A DNA stretch of 64,000 nucleotides. It comes from Octopus vulgaris (lineage: Eukaryota). Shown piece by piece: positions 50,938-64,000 of the stretch (its first letter is position 1; each line of letters opens with the position of its first letter). The notes below the pieces were generated by a model. The model saw only the letters and a list, made by a program, of their open reading frames with translations. It did not search any database and was not told the DNA's origin. A program made the translations under genes and the position numbers. The stretch spans positions 71,982,001 to 72,046,000 of the forward strand of contig OX597821.1 in assembly GCA_951406725.2 (NCBI GenBank). Direction: 5' to 3'.

Positions 50938-52389
50938 CAAGAACAATCTTACTTAGAAATGGATGCGTACGTTCCGTCATATAATAAATTAATAAATAAA
51001 ACATATGCATATATACATACATATATGTACGTACCTACCTCTACATGTATATATACTTGCATATATGGGTACAGGACACCCAAAAAACATCGAACACAAT
51101 GAGAAACGAAAACATACATATATATATATATATACACACACACACTTATGACAGTCTAATTTGAGTTTTCGTCTACCAAACCCACTCACAAGGGTTTGGT
51201 CGACATGAGGCTATCGTAAAAGACGCTTGGCCAAGGTGCCACTCAGTGGAACTGAACCTGAGACCATGCGGCTGGGAAGCAAGCATCTAACCACATAGCC
51301 AACGCCTGGCGCGCATGCGCCTGCATATCGACAAGAATGAGAATGAATGCTTGTGAAATTGAAAGATACGGAAGAACAAATGAAGTGATAACGAGAGAGA
51401 GAGAGAGAGGAGTTAAAGGCAATGTTTGGCAAGTGACTATTGACCATTGTGTGCTTGAGTAAAAGAACTTTGATTGTTCTATTATTTTCGTCGGTTCTTG
51501 TGTTTTTGTCTTGTCGCCATGAAGCCAACAGACGGAAGAAGACGTGTCAAAGCAAAGAAACAGTGGGGTGTCTCTGCCAGTGTCAGATAATAATAATAAT
51601 GATGGTGATGATGATGATGATGATGATGATAATGATGATGATGATGATGATGATTGTTGTAACGGCTGGGGTTGATGGGTTAGAAGAGATGGAGTGGAGT
51701 GGGACTTAATTGTGATGGGATTTATGGTGCGAGTGGAGATGGCGGAAGTGGGACGGTTTCGTGGGGGTCGAAGTTGTGGGGCTGGTCATGCTGTGCTGAA
51801 AGTGACGGTGGTGATAAAGAAAGCAGTAATTGTGTCTATGATTACATTGAAGGTGGTGGTGGTGGGGATGGGACTGTCGAGATGGTGGTGGTGGTGGTGG
51901 TGGTGGTGGTGATGGTGGTGAAACAGGAAATGGTGTGAGGAAGGACAGTGGTAGGGACAGGCATGTGAGTACTATGGTGGTAGTGGTGACAGTATTGGCG
52001 ATGGCGATTTTGGCTGTGATGGTGGTAATGGTGATATTAGTGGTGATAATAACGATGACATTGGTGTTGTGGCTGTGTGTGGGTGTTGTGTAATGGAAGT
52101 GGTGGTGGTGGTGGTGGTGGTGGTGGCGGCGGCGGCGGTAGTGGCGGCGGCGGCGGTGGAGGTGGTGGTGGTGGTTGTGGTGGTGGTAGTGGTGGTAGTG
52201 GTGGTAGTGGTGGTGGTGGTGGCGGCGGTTACGTTTGTGAAGATGGTGGTAATTGCGACTAATGGTCCGATTGATGGCTATAAATTTTGGTCTGAAGTAG
52301 CAATTGTGATTGATCTTGCCTGAAGTATTCATTAAGGTTAAAGTTCATTGTGCGTAATGTGAACTGGTGATTGCGATTTGGAGACAATC

Positions 52390-55012
52390 ATCATGAGAGC
52401 TATAGACAGGGCCGACCAAAACCAAGAACCTAAAAAAGAACGAGGTTGTACAGAACACTAATTCGATGAATCGAGGAACCATTTTTTAGACTTGTGGATG
52501 GAAATCAAGACACTCGGTGGCACAGATCGAATGTAAGATTCCGAAGGTTATAAATCTCTCATATAAACCCTGTCAACGCAACAAATTAAAATTTACTCCA
52601 TACAATAAAATTGCAACAGTGGGCTATGGTGCTCCATATATGACTAAAAGACTCCACCAGGTGGTGCTATTAAGTTAGACATGGTCTGGGCCTATACTGG
52701 CCGAAACCTATCAAAGTTATCAAAGATGAAATACAAAACGATGCCCAGAAATTTGAAGAGAAATTCGCGTAACAGAAGAATTATTTGACGAAAAGAAAAT
52801 CAATGATCATTCAATGCTTCTTAATAACAACAAAATGTAGAAACCAAACTCTGAACAAATTTTGTGATTTTGTAACCAATTTCCCCAGCAATTTACTACG
52901 ACTTCCAAAATTTAAGCCAAACACCAGCCAAAAAGAAAGGGAAAACATCAACATTTTTGGACATTCTAACCATAAAATGAGATGCTAACATTGAAACCGT
53001 CATCTACTTTAAACCAATAGATTCGATTATCGATTATTCCCTTTCTGCCATCCAAAGCACACTAAAACCAATATACCTTTTAACTTGGCAAGAAGAATTT
53101 GCATAATTCTCTCCAATCCAGAAACCCGAGAAAAACAACTCCGAGAAAAAATATTTCACTCGAAAGAAAATACTCGGTCAGTTCAATCAATAACGGAATA
53201 GAACGTGCAAAAACGATAAACTCCCAAAGAATTACGAAAAACAAAAAACAAAAATCCCTTGATACACTTAAAACTTTATCTTATGTATCAACACACAATC
53301 CAAGAAACATGGAAGCATACATCATTCATCAGAGTTTAGCCTTTTTGATGAACGATTTATGAATGAAAAAACACTCATAGCACATAAAATTATTAAAAGT
53401 AAAAAGATGACCTAAGTCTCTAAAAAGGCTGCTTACTAGACCCAAATTACCCAAGAAAACTACAACTCCAATAGTTAACAAAGGAAACCGCCCTCATTGC
53501 GAAACTTGCATGAACCTTACGGAAGGTTCAACATATTAATTCAAGTCAGGGCAAATATTCGCCATAGAAAATCATTTCACCTATGCACCAAGGAACTTAA
53601 TTTATGTTTTCAAATGCGGTGGATACGGTGGGCATCACATAGGTCAAACAAGCTTGACTTTGAAGGACAGAATGACGTTACACATGTAACAGATTCGGGA
53701 CCCCACAACCAGAAAAATTCCCGTAAGTAAAGCCTAGATCTGTGTCCCACGAACAAATATCCAAAACATCAAATTTTCCCTCAATACCAATGCGCCGGAA
53801 ACACTTCAACTCAATGCCGATTGAAAAGGAAATTATGCTTATTAAGAAATAGACACCTCATGTAAATACCTATTTCTTTATTACCCACAAGGGGCTAAAC
53901 ACACAGGGAACAAACAAGGAAAGGCATAGGTATTAAGTCGATTACATCGACCCCAGTTCGTAACTGGTACTTAATTTATCGACCCCGAAAGAATGAAAGG
54001 CAAAGTCGACCTCGGCGGAATTTGAACTCACAACGTAACGCAGACGAAATACCGCTAAGCATTTCGCCCGGCGTGCTAACGTTTCTGCCAGCTCGCCGCC
54101 TTACTTACACCTCATGTCGATACCCTTTAACAACACACCAGAATGAGAAAACTCATTTTATTCACGAAAAACGACAAAAGAATTAAATCAAAAGTTTTAA
54201 TAACGGACTGCCTCGGGGATTCAAATTTCTAACTCAAAACTACTGTACAATAACACATTGCACTTTTTCAGACACCAGTTGCTGACATCACCCTGGGCTT
54301 AATTAATTAGATTTTTGTCTGGTCAAAAGTTGACCGTCAGGAAAAAACAAATAAACATTGCGCTGACCGAGATCAGTGAATTCTGAAGGAATCAACCAAC
54401 TGGAACGCGGGACGACCCTCAGACAAAAACGACTTACTAAATCCTTTCAGAAATATACAGGACGTATGCAGAAAATCAACCAACCACAACCCTGGATCTC
54501 TACTCGTCAAAACCAAGTGATCAAAACAGTCGACAAACAAATGACATCACCAATAAGCCAACCAACCAGAATGCTGGACTCCTGCCAAACCAAAACATGT
54601 GACCAGATCATATTCAGGCAGTCAGCCAAAATGCTGGTCTACAAACAATAAGAACTTGAAGCTTTACCTTCAAAAACAATTACACACACACACATACATC
54701 AAAGTAACTTTCCCCTATCCACACGCGCGCTCACACACACACACACCTTCGTTTTGGGATCACCAATACTTCATTATCTCCCTTTCTTTCAACCTCTTCT
54801 TTCAAACTTCTTTTTCTAATCAGTTGCCATGCTTGACCGCTAAATCCACAAATTTTTTTTTTAATTCTCTTTCTGTTTATTTCCTTATATTCCTTTCTGT
54901 CGAAGAGCGTAGGCTCGAAACATAAGACTTTCTCACCTTCCCGAGCGTCAAACTAATACACTTGCTTGTTGTTCATACACCTGTCTTCGTCTTTTGTTTT
55001 TCTATAAATTTC

Positions 55013-55016
<4 letters not shown>
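52390..55016 (+). mobile_element. Decayed Penelope-like element (RT + GIY-YIG, Neptune-like) ending in a hammerhead-bearing terminal repeat and (TA)n
   Basis: FLDIL 52954, IETVIYFKP 52990, CHPKHTKTNIPFNLARRICII from ~53047, RPHCETC ~53490, RNLIYVFKCGGYGGHHIGQTSLTLKDRMTLH 53591-53683. H1-type terminus at 54826-55016. The 5' boundary is approximate. Confidence 0.8.
53864..54106 (-). mobile_element. SINE family A inserted in the PLE, 11-bp TSD
   Basis: acacctcatgt at 53853-53863 and 54107-54117. Confidence 0.92.
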
Positions 55017-55081
<65 letters not shown>

Positions 55082-55554
55082 AAGTAATTTAAGCACGAAA
55101 CAGTTTAAGCTGTGACCAGCAAAACCATCGACGACGGGTCGTCTCCTTCATACACTACAACAGAAATTGTAAAAATTAATTTTCTTTTTCTTTTATTTAC
55201 TTTCTCTTTACAAAACTTCTTCATCGTATCTAATTGTTAATATAACTTACTGTTTCCATCATGTTTGTTATGAAATTTATCCAACAGTTGAACTTCCATA
55301 ACCGTTTATCTGTGAGAAACTTATTGAGTATTGGGATTTGTATGAACATTTGATCTTTTAAACATGCTTTTCCGAATAAACATTTGTTTTTTTATTTGCA
55401 ATTGAAAAACAAAAAGGTTTCGTAACTAGTTTGATATTTTAATTAATTTGTTCCAAAATATAAAAACTAAAACACTCTTTAAGACTCAAGTGGATTTTCC
55501 CATCCACCAAACCAACTCTCATATATTCTTTTCCGGGTGGAAATACACTTCTTT

Positions 55555-55622
55555 TCTCTCTTTCTCTCTTTCTCTCTCTCTTCTCTCTCGCTCTCTCTCT
55601 TCTCTCTCTCTCTCTCTCTTCT

Positions 55623-55718
<96 letters not shown>
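55555..55718. repeat. (CT)n microsatellite
   Basis: Directly visible; representative of many (CT)n, (TA)n, (CA)n and (GATA)n tracts throughout the window. Confidence 0.95.
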
Positions 55719-55721
<3 letters not shown>

Positions 55722-56826
55722 GCACACAGGGAAAAGAAATCAACAGATCAACTCGTTGCTGTATCGTAATTGAACGAACAATGTCAATACTTAATCAGGG
55801 ATCTTGAAAATTGACACACCTTCATCCATACATAGTGAAGAAGCGAAGTCAATAGTAGATATGCTACGATATAAGTTGTTTCTCTGAGGTCAGAAAGACA
55901 AAGTCAACCTTTGCTACATTTGAATTCAATACATAGAGGAAAGTAATTAAATAGCTTTGTACCATTCTCGACACATCAATTTAACATGATTCCTTCCAAA
56001 TCCCGAGATAAATAAAGTGTTTATACACTTACAGCATACACTACAGCGTCAGAGTCTCTCTCTCTCTCTCGTCTCGGCTAATCAGATCCAGAGGAGTGCT
56101 CAGTGATACATTTGTAATTAATTTGATTGCCGTTTAAGTAGAGTTAAATGTCTTGGCTTTGCATAACAAACAACAACGAACAAAATCGCAACCTCGTCTC
56201 ATAAACCAATAAAAATGCTTCTTATCTCAGCGACCATTGCAGTCAACACACTAGAAAATACATGTTGAAGTACCCCCCCAGGGAAAGGGAAATTATAATT
56301 TAAGAATTTAATTACTTTTGTGTCTTTGAACGCCCATATTCATTGTTGACATATATTTAATTACACATAATTTCAGAAATTGAGTAAAAAGATGGATTTT
56401 TAAAATCATACAATCTACAACCTCAACCCACTGTATATACATCTAAGATGGCGTTAAGAAAATATGTATGGCCAACAAATGGGATCCCTCTGCACATTTT
56501 CTAGCACGTGACAGGAAGTCATACTGAAAGTGATATACCTAGTGGACCCAAATTTCTTAAAGACATATCTCCTTTCTCGAAAACTCAGTAGGGTGCAGGC
56601 ATAATGGATTCTTATATTGGCGTAATTCTTTGTATTTTAGTGGCAATAAATCTATTTTTAGAAAGTGGCAAAACTTTGACTATCGAGCATTCGTGAAGCA
56701 CTTTAGAAACATCCTTTGTTGATTCGCTTTTTGTTATCGATTTCGATCGATTATGTCAATTACTTTACTTTTCCTGACAAGAGATTGGTATTAACGTTTA
56801 GCCCCGGGTCAGTCCTATTGAAGATA

Positions 56827-57056
56827 TATTTCTTTATTGCCCACAGGGGGTTAAATATAGAGGGGACAAACAAGGACAGACATTGGGATTAAGTTGATTA
56901 TATCGACCTCAGTGCATAACTGGTACTTAATTTATCGACCCCGAAAGGATAAAAGGCAAAGTCGACCTCGGCGGAATTTGAACTCAGAACGTAACGGCAG
57001 ACGAAATACCGCTAAGCATTTCGCCCGGCGTACTAACGTTTATTCCAGCGCGCCGC
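56827..57056 (-). mobile_element. SINE family A, 13-bp TSD
   Basis: cctattgaagata at 56814-56826 and 57057-57069. Confidence 0.92.
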
Positions 57057-57981
57057 CCTATTGAAGATAAATATATGGTTAAAGGTGTCCCAATCATTAC
57101 CAACTGAGTTCCTTAATTTAGATCACAGAGACAGGGACCACTAAGACTGCTTTTTTTTTTTTACTTGTTATCATTAAAAACATTAAACAACGGTGCTAGC
57201 AAGACACGACCATTTTTCATTAACAAAGTTATTAATTCTGTAATTTTATATTCCTCGAGAGAAAAAAAAATTCCATTAATTCAGCGATTATTTATAAATT
57301 GACCTATTTCTCTGAGTTGTGATGATTGTTACTGACCCAGTATAAACTGTTATGGACAAGTCACATGAATATAGAAATATTGCCAGAAAATTATTCGTTG
57401 AGGACAGGGGTGGGGACCAAGCAACCTTCGAGGGCCTTAAGTGCGGTCTTCAGGAATACGTCTGGATTTTGCGTAAGAAATATATTTTTGTTGAGTGCAT
57501 AGTATTAGCTTAATGTTCTTAATCTCAAAAACAAAATGTTGAAAGGTCAATTTACATTTAAATTTCTTACATTAATATTTATAATTACATTTTCACAATA
57601 AATGTAATTAGGAATTAAATTTTCCCGTTTATATAATAACATATTTTAATGCGATCTTATTAGATTACACTTTGCTCAATGCAGACTTGAAATATAAAAA
57701 GGTTCGGCCCTAGTTTTTTGTCTATTTGTTCATATAACAAAATTATGTCTGTCGTTCTGGGTCGTTTTCAGCATCGCACTAGATTTAGCTCATTAAGAAG
57801 AAAATAATACGTCTTTGAGCTTTGGAAAAGATAGATGTGTGCGTGTGGGAGGGGGAGTGTATACGTGTATATATATGTGTGTGTGTATATATATGTGTAT
57901 ATATATGTATATCTATATATATATGTGTGTGTGTATATATGTGTATATATATGTATATATATATATATATGTGTGTGTATA

Positions 57982-58067
<86 letters not shown>

Positions 58068-58080
58068 GTTTATATATATG

Positions 58081-58117
<37 letters not shown>

Positions 58118-58360
58118 GCATACATACTATAATGAGGAATTCTGCTTATTAATTAATCAGAATTATGTAACTTTTACTGAAAGAAAGCAATTACTAAATT
58201 CGCCATTGTCTAGAAATTAATTTAGGATTTCAATTTTAATGTATTTTTTATCAAAATGTACTTTTTTTACTATTTTTATTTTTCGGCTAAATGTTTATGG
58301 AAACCTTAAGCAGCAAGACAGTCCTACTACTGCCTGGTTATCTCTCCCCTTCTCTCTCGC

Positions 58361-58397
<37 letters not shown>

Positions 58398-58734
58398 ATG
58401 TATTTCCAATTGTTAATTCCTTTGCTGAAACTTCCAGCGTTCGTGGTATGGCCGTTCATACGATTAACGGGAATAAAAAATATCATTTCCCATCTCTGTA
58501 CATCTGTAGTTCTGTGTCAATACAGTTTAGCTTATTACTACATTTTAGCATTGATATTTCAGTATAAATATATAAAGTGACAGAAAATAAATAAGTTAGA
58601 AACAACAGCAAGTTTCTCGATATGATTTTTTTTCCAGTCTCTAACATTTTCATAATGCCATTAAATAAAACACTTTGAACATCAGAGATTCTGAGTCTGC
58701 AAGTTTTTTAAAATATTTTTTTAATAACAAACAA

Positions 58735-58795
<61 letters not shown>

Positions 58796-61700
58796 AAACA
58801 GAAACCCGAGAAAAACGAAATATATTCATTCGCAATTATCATTCAGAAAATATATTTATACTGTTTCCGTGCCACTTCTTCAACTTAAACCAGCAGCTTG
58901 GAAGCCTGAAACTCTTTCTCTGTGATTTAAACACGTGTGCCTAACGCATACACAAACACAGAAAATATGCTCTGTTTGTCATAAATGCGGCGAAGATTTG
59001 GGACAGCATTTTAAGATACAGGAAGATCAGCTGAATGGGAGAGAGGTATCTGAAATCGCTATACCGGCCTAATGGGGAAAAAAAAATCGCAGATGAATTT
59101 GTTGGTTTAAAATATATCCACATGATTCCTACTATTTCTAGCACAATAAACGGCCACGTGGACTATCTCTGAGTTTGTTTAAAAGCAAAAGATTAAGATT
59201 GTAATAAAATAAGGAAAGAAAAGCTCACTGAGCGAATGCGCATTTTTAGGCCAATAAAGTGTTCAAAGGAAAGCTAGACATAACCTATCAGAAAAAATGA
59301 TACAAATTAGGAATCAGATGTGTAAATATTTAGTGACTAGCAGGAAACCGTCCAGAAGGCGGTTTTTCTGCTAGAACATGTTTATTTTAAAATATCCCAA
59401 TATACGTGTATGAAACGGCTTCTTTGTAATATAAACATCTGAAACTGCATGTCAGACAGCAAATAGTTTGGGAATAAATTTAAGTAGTAAAATATATAAT
59501 TCTGATATTTAAGGAAATAAGGACAATTGTTACTTTAATATTTATATAATAAAATAAATCTTTAAAAATCTGTCTTCAATTAAATTAAATTAATTTCATT
59601 TAAATTTGGAAGGAAAGCAGATGACCGAAGTAAAATTGTTTACACAGTTGTAAATTCACACATGTTGAATGTAATTACGAAATAGATTAATAGAGAAAGT
59701 TCATTTTTATTTTGTTTAAATCTTCAACTGCACACAAGTGTAATAATTTGTGAATTAAAACTTAGATACAACACGTCAAAGGTCTGCAGCTCTATAAGAA
59801 TGTTAGAACTGCTTTAGTTTTCTGTCGGTTTCCTTGAGGTCGCAACTGTACAGAACTCTTAAGCAGAGCAGCAATACTGAATATGAAATACTGGAATTGT
59901 TTGTGGAGTTTTAGTATCAATTGCTGCAACTGATGTTGTTGTTGTTGTTCTTGTATAACCCCAGTTCGGCCCTGATCAAACTGTCCTAAGTTCAAAAGTT
60001 ATCTAGTCGTAACGATCTCCTCATTTATCATAATACTCTCCGAACACAGACAGTGTGCCAGGACGATAAAATCCGAACTGTCCTTCTTGATTTAAGGGAG
60101 AAATTGGCAGCTACTTGTAGCATATCGAGTCCCCACTAATTAGAATTAGACGGCGAAAAGAATGAATGAATGGGTTCGATAATTTGGGCATCGCAGACGT
60201 TGATGAGGATGAAGATGTGGATGGTGAGAATGTTGGAAGTTACATTATATAACCATCGAGGTCTCTCAGGGAAAAGGGATCAAAATGCAACCTTATATAT
60301 ATTTATCAACGTTCGTATTAATTAATTTACTCAAGCAGTGATGCTAATTAGGGTTTGTAATGGAGCGTATACGCATTGAGGGGAAAAAACTGAAATTCTT
60401 GTCAAATATTTAATAACTTATGTAAGGTTCCAAGAAAAGGTTAATCGCTTCGAAGTATTTTCCATTTTTCTGCAGTCTTGTGCGTGGGTATGTATGCATG
60501 TTTGTGTCTATGTGTGTGTGTATGGTTATTTGTAGATGTATGGTTGTATGTGTGTTTGTGTGCGTATGTTTTCTACCAAAAACAATGAGTCCAACACAAT
60601 TTATTTTACGGGGGGTGAGATCGAACACGCATCAAGCATATTCGGATTGATGATAACATTCCAATTTATTTTGTTAACTTTGTGTTCAGTAAAAGATCGA
60701 CCTCCAGACCATTTGAGCATTTTGAGTTGCTTATACTAAGACGCCTACGTCCCAGAGACAGGTAAATCCAAGACATCTATCTACCTATTTCGATTTTTAT
60801 TCTCCCTGTCTCCTGTGTCTGTATAAGCGTGTGTAAAGTTGAAGTAATCACAGAAAACAAATTACTGATATTTCCTTGATTACTTCTTCAACTTTACGAG
60901 GCTCATCTCCGTTACAAAAGCGTTTTCTTATTTTCTATGAGTTCTGGCATGTTCCAGACGATGCAAGAAGCAAAAGTGGAAGTGTTTTCTACAAAAGTGC
61001 TATTAATAGAATCGTCTTGGTTGTGGAATAATCGATAGAAGGGTTCTGCAACGTTAGTAGAAACTCTCTTGGAAAGAAACTACATTAGCTACTGTACCTG
61101 CAAAGCCAGGGCTGCTTAGAATCTACACGATGCGCAGCGGAACCCTTTGCATCCTGAAGGTACGGGAGTAGTAAGCAAAATTTTCGAAGACTGTTATGGT
61201 GTGCAACATCTCCTGGAATTGTAATGTTGTTTGTTCTTACTACTGCGGCACAGCTGCGAGATTTTTCAGTTATTGGCTTCGGTTCTTAGAGAAATGTAAA
61301 GTGACATGCTTAAGCTGATGAATTCATTCATCCACTTAGCGCCCTCACGTGGATTGAAGGGAAACAAATTTTCTACCGAGGAATGGTCTCCATAAAACAG
61401 TGAGGCGACTTTTATTACCTTTTAATAATGGAGGTTTTGGTGGACGGAGGGGTTGTGTGGAAAGGGGCTGTGAGCTGTGATGCTAAAACTAGCAATAAAC
61501 TCATGTGTGCGCGTGTCTGTGTATATGTGTGTGCGTGCATGTGTTGTATGTGTGTATGCGGGTATGTGTCTTTTGTGTGTGTGTGTGTGTGTGTGTGGGT
61601 ATCTATGTGTGTATGTTTGTGTTTGTGTGTGTGTGGGGGGGTATGTGTCTTATGTGTGCGTGTGTGTGTGTGTGCCCAACGCCACCTTTTCTTGTGTAGC

Positions 61701-61929
61701 CTTATTGAATATTATTGTATGTAGTCCATGATTTTGATGACTCACATTTTCAGATCTTGTCCCTCCTTTAACCATGTCTATCATTTTCACAGCAAGATTC
61801 CATTTATTTTCTTCAGTGTATCACAGCCATCAGAATCTCTGTACAACATCAGCAATAAAACATTAATTCATAGAGAACTACAACACAGCGCTTATAGTTT
61901 TCGGTTTAAGGTATATCGATGTAATAAAA

Positions 61930-62160
61930 GGCGGCGAGCTGGCAGAAACGTTAGCACGCCGGGCGAAATGCTTAGCGGTATTTCGTCTGCCGTTACGTTC
62001 TGAGTTCAAATTCCACCTAGGTCGACTTTGCCTTTCATCCTTTCGGGGTCGATTAAATAAGTACCAGTTACGCACTGGGGGTCGATATAATCGATTTAAT
62101 CCGTTTGTCTGTCCTTGTTTGTCCTCTCTGTGTTTAGCCGCTTGTGGGTAGTAAAGAAAT
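61930..62160 (+). mobile_element. SINE family A, 21-bp TSD
   Basis: aggtatatcgatgtaataaaa at 61909-61929 and 62161-62181; its first bases coincide with the SINE tail aggtat. Confidence 0.92.
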
Positions 62161-62489
62161 AGGTATATCGATGTAATAAAAAGGATAGCTTTAACTGTGA
62201 CAAGAAAACAAGGTTGTTATGCGATAGGTTTTTAATTTTCTGTGAGTAGAATATTCGTGTTGTCAGTGTCTGTTCTGCAATGTGAATTAGACTGAACACG
62301 GCAGCTGAGTTCTAATTCATTCTCTATGATTAGCTATGAACTAATAATTCTTCTGCGGATGAAAGATAGGTGTTCTGATGAAAAGCTTTTCGCGGAGCCC
62401 GGGTTTCAGCCCTCCACCGAGATAAAGCCTGTAACAGCCATTTTTATACTTTTCAGAAGAGGCAGAAACTGTATGTTCATTCAAGTGAT

Positions 62490-62560
62490 GAAGAAGAAGA
62501 AGAAGAAGAAGAAGAAGAAGAAGAAGAAGAAGAAGAAGAAGAAGAAGAAGAAGAAGAAGA
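62490..62560. repeat. (AAG)n microsatellite
   Basis: Directly visible. Confidence 0.95.
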
Positions 62561-63337
62561 ACTTATACCTTACATTTCAAATTATCCAGAAGCGCCGTTT
62601 AGCGCGCTATAAATTTATTTCGATTTTTGGCAAACAGGAAACAACTCAGAAGAAACTAACAGGAAGTTGAAGGGTTGTTGCAAGGGAGATAATAATCAAC
62701 ACGGATGTCCTGAGAAAGAATATATTAATGAACAGAGGTAGTAGGGAAAATATTTAAAAAGTGGGTCGTAAACGAGTCTAAATAATTCTGTAGGTGGAAA
62801 TGTAGAGAAATAATGGCATAAAAATGCCAGTGGCCATGTGTATATCAGGTGAGGGAGTAAGGCAGAGAAAGCGACCAATGCGTATAGAATAAGATACAAG
62901 GACGAATATAAAAAGAATCAGGAGGAGAGTTGAGAAAGGCAGGCAAAATGAAGCAGCCTTAGACACAAATGCAGAGACGAGCAGCAGCAGCAGATGTGAA
63001 TAGGAACGTACAGAAAAAAAAGCTGTAAACATAGAAATGTGCAGATAGAGAGATAATACCGAGACGAACACGTGAGCGGATTCTAGCGTCAGGTTCTCAA
63101 TAAGTACAGAATATGTGTAAGAAGGCAAACCCGTAAAGAGACTCACCAAACACAAATATACTCCGGCAATGGCATGCAAATATAAAACTGCTGGCACAAA
63201 TCCTCCTGCACATATGCCTACATTCATACACACACAGACACACACGCACGGCAATCCACACAGCACGTACACACATAGCACATTTACATACAAACGCGAG
63301 TGTACATATAAGATATACACATTCATATACAAAATGG

Positions 63338-63681
63338 GCGGCGAGCTGGCAGAATCGTTAGCACGCCGGGCGAAATGCTTAGCGGTATTTCGTCTGCCGT
63401 TACGTTCTGAGTTCAAATTCCGCAGAGGTCGACTTTGCCTTTCATCCTTTCGGGGTCGATTAACTAAGTACGATATTCGACTTAATCTGTTTGTCTGCCC
63501 TTGTTTGTCCCTCCTGTGTTTAGCCCTTTGTGGGTAGTAAAGAAATACTTTGCCTTTCATCCTTTCGGGGTCGATAAATAAAGTACCGGTTTCACACTGG
63601 GGTCGATGTAATCGACTTAATTCCTTTGTCTGTCCTTGTTCGTCTCCTCTATGTTTAGCCCCTTGTGGGCAATAACGAAAA
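63338..63681 (+). mobile_element. SINE family A dimer inserted as one unit, 21-bp TSD
   Basis: atatac(a/g)cattcatatacaaa at 63313-63333 and 63682-63702; central domain + tail present twice. Confidence 0.9.
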
Positions 63682-64000
63682 ATATACGCATTCATATACA
63701 AATAGATACAAGCAACCTGAGATATCTATCTCTTCAGAAAATACGTACACTCATACATTACACGCAGAGAAGCAACAAGAATGCATGTATAAAAATAAGC
63801 ATAAATACACCGAGAAATAAAAGTGTAAAGGAACGCCAACACACCTATACACAGACACAAGTATTAACACACGCATACGCGGATGTAGAAACACATTCAT
63901 AAATGTATATAAGAAAACATACAACACACACACACACACAACTAAGAATTGTTTGGGCAGACAAATTGAAGTTGGGAGAAACAAGGGGGAAATGTGTACC

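Noticed and set aside
57405-57713. Possible hAT MITE (caggggtgggga..ggttcggccctag)
   Set aside because: Termini are too degenerate and no TSD was found.
61818-61836. tatcacagcc (miR-2/13 seed); also tggaatgtaaa (miR-1-like) at 12122
   Set aside because: The match is limited to the 5' 10-11 nt, and there is no convincing precursor hairpin.
62778-63701. Longest ORF (307 aa) with a hydrophobic C-terminal half
   Set aside because: The N-terminal half is antisense SINE A plus a TG repeat. The rest lies on an A-poor, T-rich strand that suppresses stops and yields Leu/Phe/Ser. No recognisable family, though RNA-seq would be needed to exclude it fully.

Overview
AT-rich animal genomic DNA dominated by microsatellites ((TA)n, (CA)n, (GATA)n, (TTA)n, (GGT)n) and decayed mobile elements. 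The SINE families and repeat density resemble what I recall from Octopus genomes; this is an inference, not verified. I found no intact host protein-coding gene, and almost all supplied ORFs are microsatellite or SINE artefacts. Recognisable elements: three tRNA-derived SINE families (>20 copies, several with clear TSDs), a full-length but dead DD36E Tc1 element, an internally deleted rosa-like mariner, a pogo 5' fragment, two Penelope-like (PLE) remnants, three stacked R4/Dong-like LINE 3' ends in (TAA)n, three Tx1-like LINE 3' ends beside (TATC)n, and CR1-like fragments. The most notable signal is non-coding: about 7 unrelated sequence families carry type I hammerhead ribozyme folds with palindromic stem III, most a short distance 5' of a (TA)n/(CA)n tract. 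They include one tRNA-headed element and one family that terminates a PLE remnant. The most abundant SINE shares its 3' tail with the Tx1-like LINE and forms head-internal tandem arrays. All folds and alignments were made by eye.
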